From assembly GCF_019464535.1 (NCBI RefSeq), contig NZ_CP080507.1, positions 2,970,001 through 3,002,000 of the forward strand: a DNA stretch of 32,000 nt, written 5' to 3'. The notes below the pieces were generated by a model. It was not told the origin of the DNA and made no database searches. It saw only the letters and a list, made by a program, of their open reading frames with translations. Positions 19,535 through 28,317 of this stretch are shown one piece after another. The first letter of the stretch is position 1, and the number at the start of each line of letters is the position of its first letter. This DNA comes from Horticoccus luteus. GTDB taxonomy: Bacteria > Verrucomicrobiota > Verrucomicrobiia > Opitutales > Opitutaceae. A program made the position numbers and the translations under genes.

Positions 19535-20659
19535 TCAAGTGGCGGCCACGGCCAGCGCCGGCCGGCGCGCGGGCGGCGCAGTGAGTTCCTCGAGATCCCG
19601 TAGCATCAGATCGAGCGAATTTGCCCGGTCCATCCGCTGCAGGTTCGTGCGGAAGCGGCGCAGCAGCCAGTCGTTGAAAATCGTGTCGAGCACCTCGGCG
19701 CGCAGGCTCGCAATGAACATTTGATCGACCACCACCCCGCCGCCCTGCCGCTCGAAAAACGCCGCGTTGGCCCGTTGATGATCGTCCGCCGCCTGCGGAT
19801 AGGGCACGAGAATCGCCGGCGTTTCGCAGCGGATGAGTTCCGCCAGCGTGCCCGCGCCCGCCCGCGACAACACCAAATCCGCCGCCGACAAAAGATCCGC
19901 CACGCGATCGCAAAACGGCATGAACACCACGCGCACCGGCCGGCCATGCTTCGAACGCAATTCGCGACTCTCCGGCTGCCCCTTGCCCATCCCCGTCACG
20001 CAACAAATCTGCACGCCCTCCAGCGCGAGCGCCTCCACGTTGTCCGTCACCCATTGATTCAGCGGCGCCGCGCCCTGACTGCCGCCAAACACCGCGAGCA
20101 CCGGCAGCCCCGGATCGAGGCCAAATGCCTCGCACGCCGTCGCCCGCGGCAAACGCTTGATCTCCCGCCGCACCGGCATGCCCACATGCCGGGTCGCCTT
20201 GGTGCGCACGCTCGCCAGCCGGATCCCCAGCGGCAGATAAACGCGGTCCGCGAACCGCCCGAACAACCGCACGGCGCGTCCCGGCACCCGGTTCGACTCG
20301 TGCACCGCCACACGCACGCCCGCCAGTCGCCCCGCCAGCACGATCGCGGCCGACGTAAAACCACCGAATCCGACCACGGCGTCCGCGTGCGAACGCCGCA
20401 CCAGGCGGAGCGAAAACAGAAAACCGTGCGCCTGCGAAAACACGCAGCGCGCCATCTTCCACGGGCTCCACCCGAACGCCGATCCCGGCACGCGAAGAAA
20501 TTTAAACTGCGGATATTTCTCCGCCAGGCGCGCATCCACCTTCTTCGTGCTGATCAGCAGCACCACCTCGTGGCCGCGATCCGTTAACCCTTCCGCGAGG
20601 GAAATGCCGGGCGACAAATGTCCGCCCGTGCCGCCGCAGGAAATCAGAAACTTGCTCAT
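19535..20659 (-). CDS. murG: Undecaprenyldiphospho-muramoylpentapeptide beta-N-acetylglucosaminyltransferase (lipid II synthase)
   Basis: The N-terminus FLISCGGTGGHLSPGISLAE is the G-loop typical of MurG. Also present are VFGGSQGA, SRAGAGTLAE and the GT28 C-terminal core. It occupies the canonical slot between ftsW and murC. Confidence 0.93.
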   Translation of the reverse strand: MSKFLISCGGTGGHLSPGISLAEGLTDRGHEVVLLISTKKVDARLAEKYPQFKFLRVPGSAFGWSPWKMARCVFSQAHGFLFSLRLVRRSHADAVVGFGGFTSAAIVLAGRLAGVRVAVHESNRVPGRAVRLFGRFADRVYLPLGIRLASVRTKATRHVGMPVRREIKRLPRATACEAFGLDPGLPVLAVFGGSQGAAPLNQWVTDNVEALALEGVQICCVTGMGKGQPESRELRSKHGRPVRVVFMPFCDRVADLLSAADLVLSRAGAGTLAELIRCETPAILVPYPQAADDHQRANAAFFERQGGGVVVDQMFIASLRAEVLDTIFNDWLLRRFRTNLQRMDRANSLDLMLRDLEELTAPPARRPALAVAAT

Positions 20660-20702
20660 GCTTCGTCCCCTCCTTGGTTGTTTGCGTTGCGCCCGCCGCG
20701 GT

Positions 20703-21869
20703 TCACGACAGCACCTCCCGCATCGACCGCCCGCCGCCGGCCAGATTCGCGCGGCCCCACGTCCGCTGCGTGTTCAGCAGGACGCCGAGCAGCACGCCCA
20801 TCAACAGCAGGTTCGACAGCCCCGCGCTGATAAACGGCAGCGACATGCCCTTCGTCGGAAAAAGTCCCGTCACCACGCCGAGATTGATGATCGCCTGCAG
20901 GCACATGAGCAGCAGGCAGCCCGTTGCCAAAAGGAATTGAAACAGATTCGGCGCCCGCCGCAGATGCAGCAGGCCCGCCAGAAACATCACCAGGAAAACC
21001 GTCACCACGCCCAGCGTCGCCCACATCCCGAGCTCTTCGCCGACGACCGCGAAAATGAAATCCGTGTGCGCCTCCGGCAGGAAATTCATCTGCTGCCGCC
21101 CCTGCCCCAGCCCCGCGCCATCGGTGCCACCCACCGCAAACGCCGCCAGCGATTGATACAGCTGATACGTGCCCGCGCTCTTGTTGCCTTCCACGTCCAG
21201 AAACGCCGTGAACCGCCGCAACCGGTTCGGGTTGTGCATCACCAGCAACGCAAATCCCAATCCGGCGACCGCCACCGTCGCCATCGTGTAGCGCCACTTC
21301 GCACCCGCGAGAAACAGCAACACGAGCCCCACGACCAGCGCGAGCGCGGCCGTGCCGAAGTCCGGCTCCCGCACGATCAAGCCCGCGCATACGCCGATGA
21401 TACCCAACGGAATCAAAAACCCGCGCTTCAGGTCGCCGATGTGCGTCTGGTTGATCGCCAGATAATGCGCGAGGCAGAAGACCAGCCCCAACTTCGCGAA
21501 CTCCGATACCTGCAGTCGCAGCGGCCCGATGCCCAGCCAGCGCCGGCTCCCTTTTACCGAAATGCCGATATGCGGGATCAATACCAGCAACAACATCAAC
21601 ACCAGCACGCCGGCGATCACCCACACGTAGCGCCGCGCGTAGTCCAGATTCAACCGGCTCGTCACGAAACACAGCACCGCCGCGATCCCCACGCCCATCA
21701 ACTGCTTGTTGAGGTAGTAATACGGGCCCATCTTGAACGACGCGCTCGCGCTGAACAAAATCGTCAGCCCGAGGATGGTCAGCCCCGCGGCGCAAACCAC
21801 GATGATCGCCACCGGGTTGACGCTGAAACGCGCCCGGGCGGTATTCGCCGGTAGTTCGAGAGTGGCCAT
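20703..21869 (-). CDS. ftsW: SEDS-family peptidoglycan glycosyltransferase FtsW
   Basis: 388 aa, about 10 TM, with FtsW/RodA motifs QVSEFAKL, REPDFGTA, LPEAHTDFIFAVVGEELG and PTKGMSLPFISAGLSN. Its position is dcw-typical. Confidence 0.9.
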   Translation of the reverse strand: MATLELPANTARARFSVNPVAIIVVCAAGLTILGLTILFSASASFKMGPYYYLNKQLMGVGIAAVLCFVTSRLNLDYARRYVWVIAGVLVLMLLLVLIPHIGISVKGSRRWLGIGPLRLQVSEFAKLGLVFCLAHYLAINQTHIGDLKRGFLIPLGIIGVCAGLIVREPDFGTAALALVVGLVLLFLAGAKWRYTMATVAVAGLGFALLVMHNPNRLRRFTAFLDVEGNKSAGTYQLYQSLAAFAVGGTDGAGLGQGRQQMNFLPEAHTDFIFAVVGEELGMWATLGVVTVFLVMFLAGLLHLRRAPNLFQFLLATGCLLLMCLQAIINLGVVTGLFPTKGMSLPFISAGLSNLLLMGVLLGVLLNTQRTWGRANLAGGGRSMREVLS

Positions 21870-21890
21870 GCGGGGGAGCGCGTCGGTCGC

Positions 21891-22847
21891 TTACTTGCGA
21901 TTCGGATCTTCGATCTGAATCACCGGCGCATCAGTCGCGCCCGGCTTGATGCCACTGTCCAGATCGCGGTCCGCCGGAGGCGGCGTGAAAAACGGTTTGC
22001 TCTGGTCCGGCGTCGGCACGACCGGCGTCGTCGTCTGGGGCGTCGGCGCCGGAGCGTTGGCCGCGGCCTTGGACGTAGGCTTCGCCGCCGGAGTCGACGT
22101 CGACTTCCCTGGCCGGTTCTTCGGCGCCGGGATAATCAACTCCATGCCCGGCCGGATTTTGGTCGGGTCCGAAATGTTGTTCACGAGCGCGATCTCGCCG
22201 TAGGGGACGCCGTATTTGTGCGCGATTCCGCCCAGCGTTTCGCCGGGCTTCACCACGTGCTTCACCGGGCTGGCGCTGCTCGCCTTGCCCTCATCCGCCA
22301 CCGCCGCCGGTTTCCCGAGCGCAAGATTGTCGGTCGGCGCCGCCGCCACCGCGGTCGTTGGAATGATCAACTTCTGGCCGAGACGCAGCGGCGTCGCCGG
22401 CTTGATGTGATTGGCCGCAGCCAGCTGCGTCACACTCAAGTGATGCTTCTTCGCCACCGTCCAGAGACTGTCGCCTTTGGCCACAGTGTAAGTCGTCACC
22501 GGCGTAACGCCTTCCACGGGCGCCGGCCCGCGCACCGCCTGCGCCGCATCCGAGCCCGGCCGCGTCGGCGTGTAACGCACACCCGCGCTGGAGCCATAAT
22601 CAAGCGGCGCGGAAACCACCGGCGAGGGCGTGGACATGGCCGTCGCGGCGTCCGCCGAATTGTTCGACGGCGCCGCGTCCGACATCGGCACCGAGACCAT
22701 CGGCGAACTGTCGGCTGCAGCGTCCTTCGCGGCGGTATCGGCCGGCGCCGGTTTGGCCGTGGAACTGCAGCCGGGATTGGCAAAAATCAGGATCAAAGCA
22801 AAGACGTGGATGCCCACGACGATGCCGAAAACTTTGAGGATTTTCAT
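21891..22847 (-). CDS. Tandem LysM-domain protein with signal peptide, probable lipoprotein (peptidoglycan binding)
   Basis: The signal is MKILKVFGIVVGIHVFALILIFANPGC. There are two LysM modules (YTVAKGDSLWTVAKKHHLSVTQLAAANHI...LGQKLIIP, and HVVKPGETLGGIAHKYGVPYGEIALVNNI...PGMELIIP). They are separated and flanked by Pro/Ala/Thr-rich linkers. No catalytic domain is recognisable. Confidence 0.8.
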   Translation of the reverse strand: MKILKVFGIVVGIHVFALILIFANPGCSSTAKPAPADTAAKDAAADSSPMVSVPMSDAAPSNNSADAATAMSTPSPVVSAPLDYGSSAGVRYTPTRPGSDAAQAVRGPAPVEGVTPVTTYTVAKGDSLWTVAKKHHLSVTQLAAANHIKPATPLRLGQKLIIPTTAVAAAPTDNLALGKPAAVADEGKASSASPVKHVVKPGETLGGIAHKYGVPYGEIALVNNISDPTKIRPGMELIIPAPKNRPGKSTSTPAAKPTSKAAANAPAPTPQTTTPVVPTPDQSKPFFTPPPADRDLDSGIKPGATDAPVIQIEDPNRK

Positions 22848-22883
22848 GACTAGATGGGATGGTGCGTTACGGAGGGAATGCTA

Positions 22884-24170
22884 TCAAAAACTGGGTGCGG
22901 CGCGCAGTTCTTGCACCACGCGCTCAAACTGGTCGCCGCGATCTTCGTAGCTGCGAAACATATCGAAACTCGCAAAGCCCGGACTGAGTAAAATCTGCGT
23001 GCCTGGCCGCGCCCCGGCCGCCGCCTGCCGCACCGCGTCGGCCAACGATTCGCAGACCGTCGGCGGCCGGCCCAGCGCACTGACCGCCGCCGCCAGCTCC
23101 GTCCGGGTTTCGCCGATCAAAAACCACTGTTCCACCTGCGGCGCCGCCCGCGCCACGAATGCGGCGATGTCGCCGCCCTTCCCCCGCCCGCCCGCGATCA
23201 ATCGCACCGGCGCCGCGAAGTGGTGCAACGCCGCTTCCACCGCGTGAAAGTTCGTCGCCTTCGAGTCGTTCCAATACGTCACGCCGTCCACCTCCGCGAC
23301 GCGCGCCAGCCGATGCCGCCCGAGACGAAACGCCCGCGCTGTCCGCCGCAACGCCTCTTCCGGCCTTCCCTCCGCACGCCACCACGCCCGCGCGAGTTCG
23401 AAGTTCTCCCGTTGCGGGTAGTCGGAAAAAATCGTGTCGCCGAGCTCCGGGTCAAAAACGCAGTGCTCCGACACCACCACCTGCGTCCCTACCGGCAACC
23501 GGCGACGCGTGTTCGCGGCATACCGCGCTACCGACTCGCCGACAAACCCGCGCCCTCCTTCGCGCAACCGCTGCAGCAGCACCGCCTTCGCAGCAAAATA
23601 CCCTTCCAAGCTTCCGTGCCGCTCCAAGTGGTCCTCCGCAAAATTTGTCCACAGCACCGCCGCCGCCCGGAAGTGCTGCATCGACTCCGCTTGAAACGAG
23701 CTCACTTCGCAAACCGCCACCGCGGTTTCGCTGCCCCCGTCGGTATCCACCACCAGTTGCGTGAATGGGTAACCGATATTGCCCGTCGCCTGCGCCTCCG
23801 TGCCCGTGTCGCGCAACGCCTGCGCCAGGAATTCCGTCAACGTCGTCTTTCCATTCGTGCCCGTGATCGCGATGATTTCGCCCCGCCAGAAAAGAGACGC
23901 GAAATCCAGTTCCCCGAGACAAATCGCGCCGGCCGCACGCGCCAGTGCCAGCCACGGATGCGCTGGCGCAAAGCCCGGTGAAAACACCACCAGGCCGTGC
24001 CGCGCCGCCGCCTCCGCGGTCAACGCCGCGCCCTTCACATCGTAGATTTCCGCCTGGCCGCCCAAGGCGCGCACCAGCGCCACCGCGCCTGTCCCGCTCA
24101 CACCGCCGCCCAGCACCGCCACGGGACGGCGGAGCGCATCGGCGAGAAAGGATGGGATGGCGGACGGCAT
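22884..24170 (-). CDS. murD: UDP-N-acetylmuramoylalanine--D-glutamate ligase
   Basis: VAVLGGGVSGTGA is the Rossmann-like N-domain and ITGTNGKTTLTEF is the Mur ligase P-loop. WNDSKATN is also present. It sits between mraY and the LysM/ftsW genes. Confidence 0.9.
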   Translation of the reverse strand: MPSAIPSFLADALRRPVAVLGGGVSGTGAVALVRALGGQAEIYDVKGAALTAEAAARHGLVVFSPGFAPAHPWLALARAAGAICLGELDFASLFWRGEIIAITGTNGKTTLTEFLAQALRDTGTEAQATGNIGYPFTQLVVDTDGGSETAVAVCEVSSFQAESMQHFRAAAVLWTNFAEDHLERHGSLEGYFAAKAVLLQRLREGGRGFVGESVARYAANTRRRLPVGTQVVVSEHCVFDPELGDTIFSDYPQRENFELARAWWRAEGRPEEALRRTARAFRLGRHRLARVAEVDGVTYWNDSKATNFHAVEAALHHFAAPVRLIAGGRGKGGDIAAFVARAAPQVEQWFLIGETRTELAAAVSALGRPPTVCESLADAVRQAAAGARPGTQILLSPGFASFDMFRSYEDRGDQFERVVQELRAAPSF

Positions 24171-24173
24171 CGT

Positions 24174-25289
24174 TCAGCGAAGTTTCAACGTCGCGAGCCC
24201 CGCGAGCGCGAAGCCCAGTGACAGCACCCAGAAACGAAGCACCACCTTCGTCTCCGGCCAGCCGCGCTTTTGGAAGTGATGATGCAACGGCGCCATCAGG
24301 AAAATCCGTCGCCCGACACCAAATCGGCGCCGCGTGTATTTGAACCACCCGACCTGCAGCACCACCGAAAGCAGCTCCATCACGAACACGCCGCCGACGA
24401 TCACCAACGTGAACGGCTGATGAATCATGAACGCCATCACGCCGATCAATCCGCCCAACGCGAGCGAACCAGTGTCGCCCATGAAGACTTCCGCCGGGTG
24501 CGAGTTATACCAAAGAAATGCCATGCACGCGCCGATCAGCGCGCCGCAGATCACCGTCAGCTCGCCCACGCCCGGCACGTAGCTGATCAGCAGGTAGTCT
24601 GCGATTCTCACATTGCCCGCTGCATAAGCCATGAGGCCAAATACCAAGGCCACCGTGATCGTGCAACCGACCGCGAGTCCATCGAGGCCGTCGGTGAGGT
24701 TGATTGCGTTGCTGAACCCCACGATCCACAGATAGATCAATACCAACAGCAGCCAGATGGGCATCACGGCGATAACTGGATATTTGAAAAATGGCGCCCA
24801 CAACTCCCGCACCCGCTCCGCACTCGCCGGGTGCAGCACCAGCACGGCCAGCGCCACCAGTGTCGCCAACGATTGCCACCCGAGCTTCTCCCACGACGAA
24901 ATCCCCGCGCGGTTTTTGTGCACCACCTTCAGGTAGTCGTCGCGAAACCCGGGCACCGTCAGCGCGGCGTAAACGAACAAACTCACAAACACCCACACGT
25001 TCGGCGCCGCCCAAAGCGCGGAACTCACAAACACCGCGATGAAGATGATCAGCCCGCCCATCGTCGGCGTGTGCTTCTTGTCAAAGTAGGTCGCGCCGAG
25101 CGCGCCCGTGCGATCGTCGATGTAGCCGTGTCCAAATTTCAACTCGCGAAACCGCCGGATCAGCCACGGGCCAATGATGAAACCGATCACCAGCGACGTG
25201 CCCGCCGCCAGCAACGTCCGCACCGTGATGTAACGCAGGAGCCGCAACGGCCCCAGATAGTCTGCCCAGTCTGCCAGATAGCTCAGCAT
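24174..25289 (-). CDS. mraY: Phospho-N-acetylmuramoyl-pentapeptide transferase
   Basis: KKHTPTMGGLIIF, NAINLTDGLDGLA, FMGDTGSLALGG and MAPLHHHFQ are all conserved MraY blocks. The protein has about 10 TM. Confidence 0.95.
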   Translation of the reverse strand: MLSYLADWADYLGPLRLLRYITVRTLLAAGTSLVIGFIIGPWLIRRFRELKFGHGYIDDRTGALGATYFDKKHTPTMGGLIIFIAVFVSSALWAAPNVWVFVSLFVYAALTVPGFRDDYLKVVHKNRAGISSWEKLGWQSLATLVALAVLVLHPASAERVRELWAPFFKYPVIAVMPIWLLLVLIYLWIVGFSNAINLTDGLDGLAVGCTITVALVFGLMAYAAGNVRIADYLLISYVPGVGELTVICGALIGACMAFLWYNSHPAEVFMGDTGSLALGGLIGVMAFMIHQPFTLVIVGGVFVMELLSVVLQVGWFKYTRRRFGVGRRIFLMAPLHHHFQKRGWPETKVVLRFWVLSLGFALAGLATLKLR

Positions 25290-25296
25290 CGGAAAA

Positions 25297-26697
25297 TTAG
25301 TGCGCGAGCGGTGCCTCCGCCCCCGGTTGCACCACCCGCTCCAGTTGATAACGCCGACTTCCTTTCACGAACACGCTCCCGCGGAACTCCGCCACCCGGG
25401 CGGCCGCCTCGGCCACGGACTCGAATATCTCCACCTGCCCCGCCGCGCCACCGCCCTCGCGCGCGCCCGTCTGCACGGCGCCCGCGTGATCGCCGATCAC
25501 CAACGCGCGATCGCCCGACCGCAGCCGCAGCGCCCGGCCGAGCGCGCGGTGATGCATCTCCGCCTCTGCGCCCAGTTCCTCCATCCCTCCGAGCACGAGC
25601 AGCCGCGGTTCGTCCGCCGGCGCAATCGCGTAAAACGCCTCCAGCGCATCGGCCATCGAGGCCGGATTCGCATTGTAGCAATCGAGATAAAGCAAACGCC
25701 CGCCCTCGCGGCGCACTTCGCCGCGCAACTTCGCCGGCACCCACTCGGCGAGCCGGTCCTGAATCGTCTCGCGCGGCACGCCCAGCCACAGCGCCGCACA
25801 AATCGCGAGCGCCGCGTTTTGCGCCATCCCCTCCGTCACCCGGCGCAGCGTGAACGCCAGCGGCGGCGGTTCGCCATAAGCGAGCGCGATGGCCGTCGAA
25901 TCGCCGCGCTGTGTCACCGCAAAATAAACGGTGTCTTTCGGCGGCGCCGTCGGCCGGATCACCTCCGCGCGTTCCACCACGAGGTGCCGCACACCTGTCT
26001 CTGCAAACGGCGCAAACGCCGCGCACGGCCGCGGAAAAATAGCCATCCCCGCCGGTCGCACCGCTTGCACCAGCCCCGCCTTTTCGCGCGCCACGCCTTC
26101 CAGGCCGCCGAGTTCTGCCGTGTGCGCCGCCGCGACCAGCGTGATGATCGCCACATCCGGCTCGATCATGCGCGCCAAGGTGGCCATGTCGCCCGGCGCA
26201 CTGATCCCGGCCTCGACCACCGCCGCCCGATGGCGTGCCGCGTCGAGCCGCGTCAGCGTGAGCGGCACACCCAGGTGATTGTTGAGATTGCCTTCGGTCG
26301 CGAGCACGCCGCCCGCCGCGCCACCGAGCAGCAGCGCCAGAAGATTTTTGGTCGAGGTCTTGCCGGCGCTGCCCGAAATGCCCACCACCGGTCCGGGAAA
26401 AGCACGCCGGTGCTCACGCGCGATCGTTTGAAACGCCGCGAGCGGATCGGCCACCACAAGTTGGGGCAATGCGAGGGCGGAATTCGGCCGCGCGACGAGA
26501 GCCGCACTTGCCCCCGCGGTTTCGGCAGCGGTGAGAAAATCGTGGCCATCGCGCTGGGCCGTCTTCAGCGCCACGAACATCTGCCCCGGCCGCAGTTGGC
26601 GGGTGTCGATCGTAAAGGCAGAAAGCGGCAAAACCGGCGACGCTGTCCAGCGTCCACCGGTCCATTCCGCCAATTGCCTGGAAGTGAATTCAGCCAC
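25297..26697 (-). CDS. murF: UDP-N-acetylmuramoyl-tripeptide--D-alanyl-D-alanine ligase
   Basis: FTIDTRQLRPGQMFVAL...DGHDF, the P-loop GISGSAGKTSTKNLL, NLNNHLGVPLTL and DCYNANP are present. It occupies the canonical slot between murE and mraY. Confidence 0.9.
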   Translation of the reverse strand: MAEFTSRQLAEWTGGRWTASPVLPLSAFTIDTRQLRPGQMFVALKTAQRDGHDFLTAAETAGASAALVARPNSALALPQLVVADPLAAFQTIAREHRRAFPGPVVGISGSAGKTSTKNLLALLLGGAAGGVLATEGNLNNHLGVPLTLTRLDAARHRAAVVEAGISAPGDMATLARMIEPDVAIITLVAAAHTAELGGLEGVAREKAGLVQAVRPAGMAIFPRPCAAFAPFAETGVRHLVVERAEVIRPTAPPKDTVYFAVTQRGDSTAIALAYGEPPPLAFTLRRVTEGMAQNAALAICAALWLGVPRETIQDRLAEWVPAKLRGEVRREGGRLLYLDCYNANPASMADALEAFYAIAPADEPRLLVLGGMEELGAEAEMHHRALGRALRLRSGDRALVIGDHAGAVQTGAREGGGAAGQVEIFESVAEAAARVAEFRGSVFVKGSRRYQLERVVQPGAEAPLAH

Positions 26698-26724
26698 GGA
26701 GCAAAGGTTTTTTGCCGCTCAGGG

Positions 26725-28317
26725 TCATTCGCTTTTCAGGGCCTTGATGCCGATCAACTCCCGCACGACGTGGCGGTCATCGAACGGCACCACCGTGTCC
26801 ACAAATTCCTGGTAGGTTTCGTGGCCCTTGCCGGCGATGAGCAGGCAGTCGCCCGGTTTCGCCACGTCGAGCGCGAGACTGATCGCCCGGCGCCGATCCT
26901 CGATCCACGTGATCTTTTCCGGCGCCGTCACGCCCGTTTGCATGTCGGCGAAAATCTGCGCGAGCGACTCGCTTCGCGGATTGTCCGCAGTCGCGAAGGT
27001 GAAGTCGGCAAACTCTTGCACCGCCTTCGTCATGAGCGGGCGTTTCGACCGGTCGCGATTGCCGCCGCAGCCAAACACCACGAGCAACCGGCCGGGCGTG
27101 ATCGCCCGGAGCATTCCGAGTGCGTTGCGCAGCGCGTCGTCCGTGTGCGCGTAGTCCACAAGCACGTTGAACGCTTGCCCGGCTTCGATGCGCTCCATGC
27201 GTCCAGGCACGCCTTTGAAGGAACGCAGCCGCGCCAGAAACGCTGCGGGATCACGTCCGAGGCCCCACGCCGTCGCCACCGCTGCGAGCAGGTTGCTCAC
27301 ATTGTAGCGACCAATCAGCGGTGAATTCACCAGCATCTCGCCTTGTGGCCAGACGAGGCGGAACGTCGTGTCCTTGAAGCCCAGCGTCACCGCTTCCGCC
27401 CGCACGAGCGCGCGCGGGTTTTCACCATAGGTCACGGTCATGACGCCGTCGGGAATCGCGGCCGTCAGGCGTTCGCCGTAGGGGTCGTCGATATTCACGA
27501 CCGCCAGCTTGGGGCGCGATCCCGTGGCGCCGGTGAAGAGTCGCATCTTCACCGCGAAATAGGTTTCGAGATCCTTGTGGTAATCGAGGTGGTCGCGCGT
27601 GAGGTTGGTGAAAACCGCCGCTCCAAACTGCAGGCCGAGCACGCGCTGCTGGTCGATGCCATGCGAGCTCACCTCCATCACCGCCTGCCGGCAGCCGTGG
27701 TCCCGCATCTGCGCGAGCAAACCGTAAATATCGAGGGATTCCGGCGTCGTGCGGAATGACGGCACCGTGCGCGCGCCGAGGTCGTAGCTGATGGTGCCGA
27801 GCAGGCCCACGCGCTGTTCGCCATTGAGCAAATGCTGCAACAAGTGCGTGACGGTCGTCTTGCCGTTCGTGCCGGTCACGCCGATGACGTTCATCTCGCG
27901 ATCGGGAAACTTGTAGTAGCGCTGCGCCACCCGCGCGAGCATCGCCCGCGGATCCGCGACTTGGATGAACGTCACCTTCGCCGGCGCGGTGAGCGGCAGT
28001 TTTTGCGTCACGATGGCCACGGCGCCACGGTTGATCGCTTCATCTATATAGTAACCGCCATCGGCGCGGAGACCAGGCAGGGCGAAGAACAGATTGCCCG
28101 GCGCGACGCGCCGGCTGTCCATCACGAGTCCGGAGATCGGCCGATCAAGGCTGCCCTTCGCGGCGATGATCTCTTCCGGCTGGATAAAATCGGAGAGCTT
28201 GGGAGCCATTTTAATAACGCGATTGCGGGTGAGGCTTTCCTGGCGCGTCCGGCGCACCGGTGACCGGGGCGCGAACGTATGGATAAGCGGATAGTTCTGG
28301 GTGAGATAGCCGATCAC
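26725..28317 (-). CDS. murE: UDP-N-acetylmuramoyl-L-alanyl-D-glutamate--2,6-diaminopimelate ligase
   Basis: MDSRRVAPGNLFFAL, the P-loop GVTGTNGKTTVTH, VDYAHTDDAL and the meso-DAP-specifying-type motif GNRDRSKRP (DNPR-like ATADNPRSE) are present. GTG 28317 overlaps the ftsI stop (GTGA) and is preceded by AAGGAG with a 7-nt spacer. An alternative ATG lies at 28209. Confidence 0.9.
   Translation of the reverse strand: MIGYLTQNYPLIHTFAPRSPVRRTRQESLTRNRVIKMAPKLSDFIQPEEIIAAKGSLDRPISGLVMDSRRVAPGNLFFALPGLRADGGYYIDEAINRGAVAIVTQKLPLTAPAKVTFIQVADPRAMLARVAQRYYKFPDREMNVIGVTGTNGKTTVTHLLQHLLNGEQRVGLLGTISYDLGARTVPSFRTTPESLDIYGLLAQMRDHGCRQAVMEVSSHGIDQQRVLGLQFGAAVFTNLTRDHLDYHKDLETYFAVKMRLFTGATGSRPKLAVVNIDDPYGERLTAAIPDGVMTVTYGENPRALVRAEAVTLGFKDTTFRLVWPQGEMLVNSPLIGRYNVSNLLAAVATAWGLGRDPAAFLARLRSFKGVPGRMERIEAGQAFNVLVDYAHTDDALRNALGMLRAITPGRLLVVFGCGGNRDRSKRPLMTKAVQEFADFTFATADNPRSESLAQIFADMQTGVTAPEKITWIEDRRRAISLALDVAKPGDCLLIAGKGHETYQEFVDTVVPFDDRHVVRELIGIKALKSE

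Noticed and set aside
24270-27324. Long plus-strand ORFs (527 aa and 674 aa) across mraY, murF and murE
   Set aside because: These translations are Arg/His/Pro/Gln-rich and lack domains. They lie antisense to three genes with unmistakable Mur/MraY motifs. The same reasoning applies to 3070..4620, 10150..11184, 14384..15511, 18247..19584, 19721..20587 and 20547..21854 (plus strand), and to out-of-frame minus-strand ORFs such as 19485..20471, 20656..21795, 15310..16119 and 23452..24348.
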